DNA of 64,000 nucleotides, from assembly GCF_009914755.1 (NCBI RefSeq), contig NC_060930.1, one strand, 5' to 3'. Under the pieces are notes generated by a model. The model made no database searches. It saw nothing but the letters and a program-made list of their open reading frames with translations, and was not told the origin of the DNA. This document shows positions 27,600 to 40,765 of this stretch, piece after piece; position 1 is the stretch's first letter, and every line of letters starts with the position of its first letter. Origin of the DNA: the human T2T-CHM13v2.0 reference genome, Homo sapiens. Position numbers and translations under genes: made by a program.

Positions 27600-29138
27600 T
27601 AATAAAATATTTAAAATATTAAAAATTGAAAGAAAATGACAACAAACTCAACTGTATTTAGGTGATGAAAATAGAGTGATTTCCCCCTTTTTCTTCCAAT
27701 TTCTGTATATTCCAAATGGAAAAGTTAGAAAGAATTCATCATACACATGTAAATGCTTTTGAAAAATTAAAATGCTACAGAATTATCTGAGTCTAGAGAT
27801 TACTCTTTCATAACTTCTTCAATTATTGTCTTTAGGGTAGGGTTGGTTTATTTAGATTTTTCTACTTCTTAAATGAATTTTGGAACTAATATTTTTTCCC
27901 AGAAAATCACTAATCTCATTGAGATTTTCAAAAATGTTAGCAGGCTACTTTCCTCTTCATCTGCTATTTGTGATTTATAATGTTTAAATGTTTTCTCTCA
28001 ATTGGATTTACCATAGGCTTGTTGCTTTTATGGGCTTGTTAACAAACATTTTTGTATTTATTTATTAATGTCACTATTTTTCTATTTTCTAATCCATTTT
28101 ATTCTGCTTTTACTTTTATTTTTTTCCAACTTTTTCCTTGGGGGCAGAGGAGGCTTTCTCCTTTTTGTAATTCCTTGAGTTGGATGTTTAGTTCATTTAT
28201 TTTCTTTCTTTTTTCTATAATGAAAGCAAGTGAGAATATATATCTACCAAGTACTGTTATTTTTTAAACAGTCCACTGTGGGGATTTGTGTGAGGCAGGG
28301 GTGAGAAGGTTGGGGGCTTTCTGTTTTTGTAGTTTGGGAAGATACAGGGGGAGGAGAGGAAGGTCCTGCTTGTCATATACCATACTGTATACTTAGGCCT
28401 TAATGAAGAGGTCAGAGAGGCTTTATCCTAGTACAAGAAGAATACACCTAAGCTGAGGATAGAGCCAGGATTTTAACAAGATCTGCAACAGTGATTGGGA
28501 GCCTCCTTTTGTCTGGTGTTCAGCCACTCACGTTACCACAGCAGGTGCTCCAAGGTGCTAGCCAGTTGATTCTCTGAAGTTGGATGATGAGCCAGGGGCA
28601 TGCTTGAAGAATATTCTGGGCTATTTAGGAAATTCAGGAAGGATGACCTGTGGCAGGTGTCATCCAGAAAGCAGGCTGGGCTTGTGCTTAAAAACCTGAT
28701 GAGATAATTTAATTCAGCAAGATATTAAATAAAGAGGGCAAAACATACTGATAATACACTGTGCACTAAAGGGGAAGCAGGAAATTACTAAGCATCGTCT
28801 GGATTTTTTATCTGTTCAGTTGCCTATGAGGGACATGTTATGTCACAGTCAAGGGAAAAAGGGACTTTGTCTTTTGATCATGTACTTCTAATGGAAAGAA
28901 ATGCAGGGGTTATCCTTTTTCTAAAATTTTCTTCCCAGAGTGGGAGAGTGTTCTAAAGCATATTTGAAAATTATTTATATCTACACTTTCTAAATAATCC
29001 ACACAAATTTATTTGCTCACTTATATTTGCCCTTAAAAAGCACACAGAAGTTGAATCTGATTTTCATATTAAAGGAATTATACCCTTTTACAAGGCATAA
29101 TTCCTTTAAGATGAAAGGTATGTATCTACAAAAGGTAT

Positions 29139-29241
29139 ATATATCTATGGAAGGATATACATTTCACAAAAAAATATTGTCAAACTAGATGCTGGGGACA
29201 TTTATTCTTTCTAATAAATTTATGTGAATGCATTACTTATC
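29139..29241 (+). repeat. 103-bp dispersed direct copy of 32311-32413
   Basis: atatatcta..ggaaggatatac..tattgtcaaactaga..taataaat..gtgaatgcattacttatc at both sites, about 90% identical. Confidence 0.93.
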
Positions 29242-29420
29242 TTTGACTTGTCAGGCAAAGAATTTCAGAGGAGGAAAATAGATATTGATGAAATTCTCCA
29301 AACAGGAAAATTTTTTTATAGGTTGTGGAGAATAAATAGGGTTTTAAGAACAATTATCTTTTCCCATTTATACCAGTAGCAAATCTTCATAAGAAATTGA
29401 AATGTTCCAGAAATATATAA

Positions 29421-29769
<349 letters not shown>

Positions 29770-30239
29770 AACATTTTTAAGATAATAATTTTCACAAAAA
29801 CAATCATACCATATCTTTTGTAACTTTTTATTTTACTCAATATACCTTTAGCATCTCTTAGTTTCTAAAAACTGGGTGGTATTTTAATGAATAGACATAT
29901 AAAAATTTAAATTCCAAATGTTAGGCATTCAAGTTTCCCAATTTAAATAAATAGTGCTTCTTTGTACATACGTTCAAACATTTATGTAAGCATTTCTATA
30001 TGGATAATTCCAAGAAGCTAAGTTGTTGAATCAAGGGGTATGGACAACTTCTTACCTTCTAAATAAGTCTTACCTTCTAAAAATGTAAAACTAAGTATGC
30101 CTGTATATCCACACACCTCCTAACACTGAATATTATAAATCGTTTGTCTTTAGCAATCTTAAAAATCTTTCTTGTTTTGTTTAAATTCTTATTAGTGAAC
30201 CTTTTCATATTCACTATTCTTAATTTTGTGTTCTATAAA

Positions 30240-30664
30240 TGTCAAGTGAGTCTGTGTGAAGAGAGTCCACCAACAGGCTTTGTGTGAGCAACAAGGCTGT
30301 TTATTTCACTTGGGTGCAAGTGGGCTGAGTCCAAAAAGAGAGTCAGCAAAGGGAGATAGGGGTGGGGCAGTTTTATAGGATTTGGGTAGGTAGTGGAAAA
30401 TTACAGTTAAAGGTGGTTATCTCTTGTGGGCAGGGGCGGGGGTCACAAGGTGCCAAGGTGCTGGGTGGGGAGATCATGAGACTCACTGTCGGGGGCAGGG
30501 GGAATGTCACAAGGTCGATTGATTAGTTGGGGTGGGGCAGGAACAAATCTCAATGGTGGAATGCCATCTTTTGTGGTTCTTCAGTTGCTCCAGGTCATCT
30601 GGATGTATACGTGGCGGTCACAGGGGCTATGATGGCTTAGTATCATATTGTCAGAGGCCTGACA
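30240..30664 (-). mobile_element. HERV-H LTR7-family solo LTR
   Basis: tgtca...tcagaggcctgaca ends; gtgtgaagagagtccacc and gggctgagtcc..agagagtcagc; perfect 5-bp TSD ATAAA; minus-strand TATA at 30371-30379 and AATAAA at 30300-30305. Confidence 0.9.
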
Positions 30665-30939
30665 ATAAATGCATGCAGGTTAAGTACTTTGTCTATTTTT
30701 CTATTGGCTTGTTCATATTTTTATTTTTTGGTAAGATAAAAGGTCTTTGTATATCAGGAAAATCAGCTGTGTCTTTTAGATGTGTGGCATATTTTACTTT
30801 TAGTTTATATTTTATTTTTACTTTTTTCATTCAAATATTTCAATTTTACAAGGCCAGTTTCATTTATCTTTTCCTCCATGGCCTTTTCAGTTTTATGTCT
30901 TTAGGGGTTTGTGTTATTCTTAAAAAGGCCCTTCCCACT

Positions 30940-31669
30940 CCAACTTTCCAACCTGTCTCCCTGCTTCTGCCCTTGCCCAACCCCTTCACATTCAAGTCTA
31001 CTGTTAACATAGCAGCCAAAATAATAATCTCAATACCCAAGTTTAATCATGTTACTTCTCTACTCAGAAATCTCAAATGAGCCATGCTGGGTAGCTCACA
31101 CCTGTAGCTCCAGCTACTCAGGAGGCTGAGGCGAGAAGATCACTTGAGCCCAGGAGTTTCAGGCTGCAGTAAGCTATGATCGCACCACTCACTGCACTCC
31201 AGTCTGGGTGACAGAGTGAGACCCATCTCCTAAAACAAAGGAAAAGGAAAGAAAAGAGAAAAGAAAATAAACTGAGTAGCTTATCATTTTATCATTTTAG
31301 AGTAAAAATACCCTTGCACTCACCCAAGGCTCTCACTATCTCTCCACCCAACGCTCTTTTGCTCACTCAGCTCCAGAAAAACAAGCACCCTTCCTTTGCC
31401 CAAAATACTTAAAACACACTCCACTCCAGGCTTTTGCATTTGTTATCCCTCTCCCTGAAACATCTTTATCCCTGATGGCCCATTCCCTCAGCTCCCTCAA
31501 TCTTTGCTCAAATGTCAATTTCCTAGTCAGGTCCTCCATGAATATCCTATTTAAATTGCATCACTTCATTCTCACCCCAAATTCCCTATTTCCTTTATTT
31601 TCTCCTTAGAACTGATATCCACTCTCTATACACTATGTATATTTTTTGGTTTATTGCCTGCCTCCCCAG

Positions 31670-31700
<31 letters not shown>

Positions 31701-31830
31701 ACACACACAAGATTATAAATTCCATGAAAGGAAGGGCATTGTTTTGCTCAAAATTAGTTCCAGCTTCCACAATAGTGCCTGGCATAGTAGATAAATCAAT
31801 ATTTGTGTAAGAAAGGAGAAGAGGGAGTAA
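30940..31830 (+). mobile_element. L2 3' end containing an Alu monomer (31079-31270) and a (CA)n microsatellite (~31669-31709)
   Basis: atagtgcctggcatagtag...aatatttg L2 terminus; Alu right-arm sequence; CA repeat. Confidence 0.7.
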
Positions 31831-31849
31831 AAAACTAAGAGCATTTTTC

Positions 31850-32460
31850 ACCCATCAATTTGGCAAAGATCAAAATATTTTATAACACTGTGTTGACAAG
31901 TATAGGTAAATAAGAATACTGCTAGTAGATCCTATGATTGGTGATTTGGCATTAACAAAAGTACAAATTTCCCTATTCTATGCTGTAGTAATTCCCTTTC
32001 TAGACATACAGACTATGGATATATCCTTACACATGAAAAATGATGTGAGTTCACAGTAAGTTATTGCAGCAATGTTTGAAAAAGAAGAATTGGAAACAAC
32101 CTCATGACCACCAATGGGGTACTTATTAACAAATTATAGAACATAATACACAGTTGAATACCGTGCAGTTGTTTAAAAAAGAGCAAGATCAAGGAAACAC
32201 TTATGTACAGCCTTTACCAAGACCACCTGGTAAAAAGAAAAATAAGAAAGGTACAGAAGTGCTACTATTTGTGCAGAGGGGAAAAAGCGCGGACAATCTA
32301 TAACGGTGTAATATATCTACGGAAGGATATACAAGTCACGAAAAATATTGTCAAACTAGACGCTGGGGGACATTTACTCTTTTTAATAAATGTATGTGAA
32401 TGCATTACTTATCCATATTACTCAATAATTAAACCGAAAAACGTTTTAAAGAAGTACAAA
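31850..32460 (+). mobile_element. Ancient L1M 3' fragment
   Basis: cacccatcaatttggcaaagat, ttggaaacaacct, gaataccgtgcagttgtt L1M 3' motifs. Confidence 0.6.
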
Positions 32461-32469
32461 TAAGACTTG

Positions 32470-32697
32470 CTCGCAGATCCCGCAATCCCATCAATACGAG
32501 GCGTAAAAGCCGGGTCCTCCACTGGCTAGGGCCGAGGAGGCAAGCACTCAAGCTGCCACAGAGGCGAAGCTTCCTAGAGCGGCCCGGAAGTGCCCGGCTG
32601 AAGCGGCCGGGCGCCGATTGGTGTCTTTGAGTCTAGTCTTTGTTCGGGGCTGTCCAAAGGACGCTAGCTGTTGCACCTGTTCCTCCCTGCGCGTAAG
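32470..32697 (+). promoter_or_regulatory. ZSCAN16: ZSCAN16 CpG promoter and non-coding exon 1
   Basis: CCGGAAGTG at 32584-32592, inverted CCAAT at 32617-32621, donor aag|gtgagt at 32697/32698. Confidence 0.8.
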
Positions 32698-33468
32698 GTG
32701 AGTGTCTCCCGGCTCCCAGGTGGAGAAAAGGGGACAAGACGCAGCTGTGGTCAGCAGCAACACCCTCCCCACACCTCCCTGTCGCGGGCAGAGTGTAACA
32801 CTCCTGTCCCTCCCTCCGCCCCCCAACAGATCTACAGGAGAGGATTTGGCCCAGCCTTCCGGGAGAGGATGGGTGGAAGGGGGACACTGGTTGCGGGTTC
32901 CTCTGCAGAGGCATCTGTCTGATCCCCTTCCAGGGTTGGCACACATATCCTATAACCAGTGAATCCTGGGGGCACAAGCTGGCCCGTGCATCTCATGGTA
33001 ACAGAATGAAGAGCCTTTTAACAAAGCCGTTAATAATACTTGGCGTTTATTTAGTGCTTACTAGTGCCCGCTGCCATGCCAGGGACGTTGCATACGTTCT
33101 CATGTAATCTGTATATCAACCCTGTAACACACATGAGAATTGTACCTGAGGATCTGTAGTTCTAGTCCAGATAAATAACTTCCTCTAAGTTACACAATAG
33201 AGCACAGATTCAAATCATATCCCTGCGTCACTGTTTTTTGTTTTGTTTTGTTTTGTTTTGTTTTGTTTCAGCTTCCTATAAGACTGTTTTCTCTGATTGA
33301 CTTCTGGTGGCTTGGCTTCATTATGATGTGTTTATGTTCACAGAAATTTTTGTAATTTCTCTATGGTAACAACTTTTTATGCCTTAGGAGTGTCTCTGAG
33401 GCAGGATTCTAAGAGATTCTCTTTGACTCAATCCCAGATAGAGGATAAATCTCCTGGCAAAGCCCAGA

Positions 33469-33855
33469 ATGACCACAGCCCTGGAACCTGAGGACCAAAA
33501 AGGACTTCTGATAATTAAGGCAGAGGACCATTACTGGGGACAGGATTCCAGCTCACAAAAGTGCAGTCCTCACAGGAGGGAACTCTATAGACAACACTTC
33601 AGGAAGCTCTGCTATCAGGATGCACCTGGACCCCGTGAAGCTCTTACCCAGCTGTGGGAGCTCTGCCGTCAGTGGCTGAGGCCAGAATGCCACACCAAGG
33701 AGCAGATTTTAGACCTGCTGGTGCTAGAACAGTTCCTGAGCATTCTTCCTAAAGACCTGCAAGCATGGGTGCGTGCACACCATCCAGAGACTGGAGAGGA
33801 GGCAGTGACGGTACTGGAGGATCTGGAGAGAGAGCTTGATGAACCTGGAAAGCAG
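33469..33855 (+). CDS. ZSCAN16: ZSCAN16 coding exon 1 (SCAN domain)
   Basis: [12 protein letters not shown]...EPGKQ; donor cag|gtgtga; 387 nt. Confidence 0.97.
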
Positions 33856-34231
33856 GTGTGAAGGGGCAGTCATCTGGCTGTGAGTGATCAGGGGATATGG
33901 ATGGAGCCAAAGCAAAAGGCATATGAAAGAACATCTGAAAATATTTATCCTCTAAAGAACAAGGCATAGGAAGGGACCTGACTACCTATGTCAAATAATT
34001 AAAGTGTGGCTGGGTAAAGAGAGGAGAGTCACTAGACTGATTCTATGCCTGTTTGGAAGGCTAGGATCAGTGGGAAGTTACCAAAAGGCAATCAGGTATC
34101 AGAGGAAAAGAAATAATTTTCTGCCATTCATAGATACCCATAAATAAAATAGGCTACCCCATAAGAAACTCCCTTTCCATATAGGTATTCAAGCGGAGAT
34201 TCAAGTAGATGTCAAGGATATTGCAGAATAG

Positions 34232-34500
34232 GACTGTCCAACAGAAATATAATGCAAGCTGTATATGTATTTAAATTTTCTAGTAGCCACATTAAAAAAA
34301 AAGGTGAAATATATATTTTATTTAGCCCACAATATTTAATCATGTAATCAATATTTTTAATGAGGTATTTTAGATATCTGTGCTTTAAATTTTCAAAATT
34401 TGGTATGTATCTTACATTTAGCTTATCTCATTTGTACTAGCCATATTTTAAGTACTCAGTAACCACATTTTGCTAGTGACTACCATATCGGATAGCATGG
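34232..34500. mobile_element. MER33-like hAT-Charlie element
   Basis: ctgtccaacagaaatataatgc...aaattttctagtagccacattaaaa. Confidence 0.75.
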
Positions 34501-34807
34501 TTATAGAAGAAATGCTCCCATTTGCTGGAAGTTGGGCTAGATGATTTTTAAGCTACCTTCCAAATCCCAGTGCTCTGATCCTGGACTTCTGCAGATCAAT
34601 GAAAGAAGAGACGTTGAATTTTACTCTCTAGTGTCCTGAATTGTAGAGATTAGCCTCTGTTCCTTCTCCTAGCCATTATTGCCATTTACAATGAAATGAG
34701 AATTTGTCCCCCCTTTCTATGTCCCTGGAAGATGTTTCATTTGATTGTTTTATCTGAAGTTACTTAAGTTTCCATAAAATTCACCTTACACACCTCATTT
34801 TCCCTAG

Positions 34808-34946
34808 GTCCCAGGCAATTCAGAAAGACGGGACATACTCATGGACAAGTTGGCCCCCTTGGGAAGGCCATATGAATCACTGACTGTCCAGCTCCATCCC
34901 AAAAAGACCCAGCTGGAGCAGGAAGCTGGGAAACCACAAAGGAATG
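34808..34946 (+). CDS. ZSCAN16: ZSCAN16 coding exon 2 (linker)
   Basis: ccctag|GTC; VPGNSERRDILMDKLAP...KPQRN; G|gtaagc; 139 nt keeps frame. Confidence 0.95.
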
Positions 34947-35262
34947 GTAAGCAGGAACAGTTCTGAGTGTATGAGGGTAGAGGTACTTCCTTAGGTTAGA
35001 GGAAAACTTTCTCACTTTCATCTTCTCCTTTTAAAGATTTCCTGCTTGTCCTCCACCTCACTATGGACAATTTTATCCTCCTCTTACCCTTGCTCCATGA
35101 TGGAGTTATATTTTAGTTTCTCACTAGACAAAAAAGCTGCTATTTGGCCCAAGGGATGAGGATGGAGTTTATTTAATATCCTTATAATTCTGTTGTTATC
35201 TAATGATTCTTGTTCCAAATCCCCCTAAATTTCCATTTTGAGACAGGAGAACTTATGGCACT

Positions 35263-35638
35263 CTGTATTAGTCAGCGAGGCCTGTCATACAGAATACCAT
35301 GGACTTATGGGTGGCTTAACAGAAATTTATTTTCTCACAGTTCTGGAGGCTGGAAGTCCAAGATGAATATGCTTACAGGGTTAGTTACTAGTAAGGCTAC
35401 TCTCCTTGGCTTGCAGACCTCTTGCTGTGTCTTCACATGGCCTTTCTCTGTACACACACACTCCTGGTGTCTCTTCCTCTTGTAAGGACACTAGTACTAT
35501 TGGATTAGGGTCCTACCCTTATGACCTTATTCAACCTTAATTACTTCATTAAAGCCCTATCGTCATATACAGTAATGTTTGAAAGGGGTTAGGGCTTCAA
35601 TGTATGAATTTGTGGAGGAAGACAAGTCAATCTATAAC
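35263..35638 (-). mobile_element. MaLR solo LTR (MLT1A-like)
   Basis: tgtattagtc...ctcacagttctggaggctggaagtccaagat...tctataaca. Confidence 0.8.
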
Positions 35639-37423
35639 ACATTCCCATGATGAAAGAAGTAGGGAAGAGAGACAATGATCAGTCAATACAGCAAAGTTTC
35701 TTGTTTTTATCTGCATGTCAAATTAATTGGGTTTTATCCCCCATCCCAGCTCCCTAATTACAAACTAGGGTGTCTAGTGTATCCCCAGGCTACATTAAAA
35801 AGCTGGTGAATTTTAAATTCCAGTTTATCCAAACCCTACCTTTTTCAGTGCTCACCACCCTTTCTCTAGAGGCTCCCATGTCTAATAATGCCTCTCCGGG
35901 TAGTTCCTTATACTCTAGCCTATTTTGTATTCTTACTACTTAAGTTTTACCAATATCCCATCCTGTAGGATCCCTACCAGATGATTTGTCTAATCTGAAA
36001 AATTATTTTGAGCTAAGATGTTCCTAGCTGCTATCTGGAAAGGATGACATTTAATTATATGTAATGTAAAGAAGCCTTTCAGTGCTTTAACTCTAGGAGT
36101 GGAGTGCTGGTTACTGTTTGGCTTTAGAAGTGACGTTAAGAACCTCCTATCTGTTCTTTTTTATTTTTATTTTATTTTATTTTTTTTAGAGGAGAGGTCT
36201 CACTATGTTTCCCAGGCTTGTCTCAAACTCCTGGGCTCAAGTGATCTTTCCACCTTAGCTTCCCAAAGTGCTAGGATTATAAGCATGAGCCACTGTGCCT
36301 GGCTCAACCTGTCTTTTGATTCATTCATCTTTCACTGAGTATTTACTAAATAGCAGCTATATGCCAGACACTATACTAAATGTAAGGAATCCAAAGGTTA
36401 GACACTTACATTACTTCTCTTCAAGAAGCAGGAGAGTGAGCACTTACAATAGTGTAATAATTACCATACTAGAGATACACCGTGAACTACAAAGAGGATA
36501 GCTATCCCTGAGGTGCACCTGCAAAAGTATCACAGAGTAGGCTTGCTTGAGCTGAGAAGGTCAGGTGGGAGCTGAAAGGGGGTGACATTTTAGGCAAAGA
36601 AACGGTGAAAAAAAATAGCATCAGAGAATAACATTCTAAGAATAGCAACTGCTCTGAGTTTGATTCTGATAAGGAGTCGTCTGTAGGAGGGAAAATCAGC
36701 AATGTGTGTTTTAATAAACGATCCAGCTGATTCTGATGCACAATAAGGTTAGAAACCACCGAGCTAGGATTTAGACAGGAGGTGATGACAGCAAGGACAT
36801 CAGTTTCAGGAAAAAATATTTTACCCAGCATATACACTGACTATCCATTGTCATTTCCTATTCCTTTTCATTCCTCTATTTACTCTGACCTGCATGTTGT
36901 CATGCTTCCTGCTTCCAGCTAATTATTATCCTTCAAACACACTCCCCTCCTTGGATGGTTCCTATTCACTATATTCCTCTCAGACCCCAAATCCTATTAT
37001 CCTCTCCATTCACTTTTACTTGATTTTACTTGCCACCTATGTTTCAGGCCCCTGCATGTTTCTCCCAAACTTTTACCTCCCTCCCCATCTCTGTTCTCCA
37101 GTCTCTCTAATTATCCTTGGCATATCTATAGTCCCCTCATTTATCCGTCTTCCCTTACATAGTATTGCTAACTTATCTCTTGAGCTCTATTTTTGCCTTT
37201 TCTTCTCTTAATCTACTCTCAAACAACTTGTTCTGCTGATATCTTCCTTAATTCTTAATTTCTTCCTTACATTGTGACTCTGTGCTATGATGATACCAAA
37301 AATAAGATGGTACCAAATATTTGATATGTGTGTTGTATGTGACTTCTCATTATTTTATAACACATTTATAACATTTACATGTTCTTTCTTCCATAGGCTG
37401 TTTGCTTCTCAAACATAGAATAG

Positions 37424-37975
<552 letters not shown>

Positions 37976-38571
37976 TATAGCAGTAATATCAAAAGTTCTT
38001 TGGACACTCAGGCCTAACTAGTTATCAAAGAATCTATTTTAGAAACCTTGAGTTTCCTCAATGTGGTCAAAGCTTCAGTCATCATTAAACTTCTCTGGAC
38101 CAAAGAATCTACCTGAGTAAAATATCCTTTTATTTCAAATTAGTTCAGTTTTGAGGGGGAATCAAGAATTCTTTCAGAAAGCCTTGTCCACTGACAACAC
38201 TGCTCACCTGCAGCCCAAGATCAATGGTTCCTGGATGAAAGACAGTGAATTAATTCTGTCTCTGCTCCAGGTCCTTTTTAGTTGACCATTCAGTGTCTGA
38301 CTTTAGGCAAGACAAGACATACACATTTTTCTCTGCCTTCATTTCCCCTTCTGTAAAGTACAGATGATAATAGAGGCTTACCAGGTATGTTTCGACAAGT
38401 TAAAACTGATGAAAACTACTTTTGAGATTAAGATATAAAACAATGCTAATTATTTGTTTTCCACCATTACTCATATAATAGCCTCAACATCCCTTTTTTA
38501 TCTTAAAATGGGGAGTATGATTATTTTTTGGAAATTTTTGTTTGCCAATGATAAAGAATAAGCCATCAGAA

Positions 38572-39957
38572 GACAGGAGGCCAGCCTGGTCAACACAGCG
38601 AGACACCACCTCTACAGAAACTTAAGAAAAATTAGCTAGGCATGGTGGCACACACCTGTAGTTCCACCCAACTATTTAGGAGGCTGAGGTGGGAAGATCA
38701 CTTGAACCCAGGAGTTCAAGGCTATCGTGAGATGTGATCGCACCACTGCACCCCAGCCTAGGCAAGAGCAAGACCTTATCTCAAAAAGAAGAAAAAAAGG
38801 CTGAGGAAAACAAAATGGAGGAGGAGGCAGTCTGTGATCATTAGGAGCTGCTGGGGAGAGGAAGGAATCTATAACTAGATATAACTTCTTTTCTGGATTT
38901 CAGGTTATTTTAAACTGAGGGAGATAGGAAGGGGTTGGTCTAACTTGGTCCAGTTTGTCCAGATTGGTGGCCAGTACCCACATTAACTCAAATAAAATGG
39001 AAAATTCAGTTCCTCACATTTCAAGTGCTCATAGCTACATGTTAGTGGCCACTATATTGGACAGCACAGATACACACCTTTTTTTTTTTTTTCTTTTTTT
39101 TGCCCAGGCTGGAGTGATCCTCTGTTCACTGCAACCTCCACCTCCCGGGTTCAAGCGATTCTCCTGCCTCAGCCTCCTGAGTAGCTGAGATTACAGGCAT
39201 GCATCACCATGCCTGGCTAATTTTTGTACTTTTATCAGGATTTTGCCATGTCAGCCAGGCTGGTCTCAAACTCAAGTGATCCGCCCGCCTCATCCTCTCA
39301 AAGTGCTGGGATTAAAGGTGTGAGCCACCACACCTGGCCACATCTCTAATTTGAGAATCTTATAGCATGATAGGAATTGTGGCCATAGGCCTTGCACATT
39401 CAAATTCACACCACCAATCAAACTGCCAAGAGCAGAGCTCTGGTTCTTTACTTAGTTCTAGGAATAAGGATCACCAAAACAATCAGGAAAGAAGTGATCT
39501 AATCTCTTCAAATCTCTTGTTTTCAATTAAGATATTTCAATTGAAGATATTTATTAAGAACAACTGCTTTATCATTGTGTTTAAGATCAGGAAAACTATA
39601 AGAATCATTTTTATGTCTATAACTGTAGGAAGATGAATCTTTTAAAAATAATAATAAAGAAAGAAAGAGTCTTGCTCCATTGTCCAGGCCGGAGTACAGT
39701 GGCACAATCATACCTCACTGCAGCCTTGAACTCCTGGCTGCAGCCTTGAACTCCTGGGCTCCAGCAATCCTCCCACCTCAGCCTTCCAAATAGCTGGGAC
39801 TACAAGTGCACACCACCATATCTGGATTTTTTTTTTTTTTTTTGAGATAGGGTCTGACTATGTTACTCAGGCTAGTATCGAATTCCTGGCCTCAAACAAT
39901 CCTCCCATCCTCCTCCCAAAGTGCTGGGATTACAGGCATGAGCCACCATGCCCAGCC
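38572..39957. mobile_element. Three Alus: + 38572-38798, - 39079-39339, - 39664-39957
   Basis: Recognisable Alu arms; the last has a 20-bp internal tandem duplication (ctgcagccttgaactcctgg). Confidence 0.9.
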
Positions 39958-40492
39958 AAGAAAATGAATCTTAAGGTATTTCTCATAATGCCCTAAAGAT
40001 AAACTGAGCTTTTATGTCCCTTTAACATAATGGTCCTTTAAAAAAATGTATATTTACTTTGAGTATCTTACATCAACACATCTTTTAAATGTCAGGTTTC
40101 ACACGAATACTTGTTTTATAACTTACTATATTTACCTGAGTAATATTTCAAAGTATTTGAAACACTCAAAGAAAGGATTTTCTTTAATGGTCATGAAGAG
40201 AAAAGTAAAGTAAGAAATATTTAGTATTAGTATTAGAAACATCCTTATTTTAAAAATAAAGTTAGGTGCTTTCTGAATAATGGCTTTTCCCCTTTTACCT
40301 TTAGTCTTTCTGAGAAACACTACAATGCTTAGAAACTGCTCAGAGTCTTTAAAGGGGAAACTCATGTTTCTGATCCTTGAATTTAGGGAGGCTTCTGCAA
40401 TGGTAAGAAAGATGATTTTGGCTATCCTAAGATTAGGTTTCCTAAAATTGGTAAACACATGACAGACTGATTTTCCTTTATCCTCTGTATGA

Positions 40493-40765
40493 GCAGTCCC
40501 CAACCTTTCTGGAACCAGGGACTGGTCTCGTGAAAGACAATTTTTCCAAGGATAGGGAAGGGGGTATTGTTTCATTTATCATTAGATTCTCATAAGGAAA
40601 GCGCAACCTAGATCCCTCGCATGTGCAGTTCACGATAGGGTTTGCGATCCTGTGAGAATCTAATCCCACTGCTCATCTGACAGGAGGTAGAGCTCAGCTT
40701 TGCTTGCTCACTGGCCCCTCACCTCCTGCTTTCCTGGCCACGGTAGGGACTTGGGGACTCCTGCT
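40493..40765. mobile_element. MER1-type hAT-Charlie element
   Basis: cagtccccaaccttt...cattagattctcataagg...ttggggactcctg inverted ends. Confidence 0.8.

Noticed and set aside
30532-31080. 182-aa hydrophobic ORF
   Set aside because: Spans an antisense LTR, T-rich old repeat sequence and L2; the Phe/Leu bias comes from T-richness.
33856-33861. GTG-TGA after the ZSCAN16 SCAN exon as the true C-terminus (130-aa ORF)
   Set aside because: It is the splice donor; the spliced frame continues to a complete 348-aa protein.
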